Assembly (NCBI GenBank): GCA_951406725.2
Contig: OX597830.1
Location: forward strand, 1,674,001 to 1,738,000
Source: Octopus vulgaris
Taxonomy: Eukaryota
Length of the DNA stretch: 64,000 nt
Direction: 5' to 3'
Shown one piece after another: positions 63,823 through 64,000 of this stretch. The stretch's first letter is position 1; every line of letters begins with the position of its first letter. The notes under the pieces are model-generated. The model searched no databases. It worked only from the letters and a program-made list of their open reading frames with translations, and had not been told where the DNA came from. Position numbers and translations under genes: made by a program.

Positions 63823-64000
63823 AAGAATCAGAGATCTAATTCTCTGCAACAAAGCCACGGAGAATTTACTAATTTACACTTTTATCTGTATCAGCATGGA
63901 ACATACCAGTTAAGTTGATGTACTATAGTTTAAATCTGTCTGCATTTTAGAAGCAGAAGTTTCGTACCAAGCCATTCCTATATTTCTAATGATTAAGACT

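Overview
AT-rich, microsatellite-dense eukaryotic DNA. The repeat landscape (tRNA-derived CORE-type SINEs, (TA)n/(AAT)n/(TATG)n tracts, RTE, Dong/R4, Penelope and Helitron relics) looks like a coleoid cephalopod (octopus) genome; that assignment is inference. I found no convincing host protein-coding gene, and most short ORFs in the track are microsatellite or antisense artefacts. The main feature is a near-intact ~5.3-kb Tx1-type (L1 group) non-LTR retrotransposon (392-5736, minus strand). It sits inside the tRNA-like head of a SINE with a 12-bp TSD, and its 3' end matches that SINE's tail. The SINE itself appears inserted at the same position of another SINE, suggesting a SINE-targeting LINE/SINE partnership. 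Other content: several Penelope pLTR-like fold-back inserts in (TA)n, some with hammerhead-ribozyme folds; a decayed Penelope element; a pile-up of Dong/R4-like 3' ends in (AAT)n; two Helitrons; Tc1/mariner, RTE, CR1/L2, CRE-like and hAT relics; and a 35-bp minisatellite containing an exact 36-bp copy of a nearby SINE segment. All coordinates were read by eye, so ends of decayed elements are approximate.
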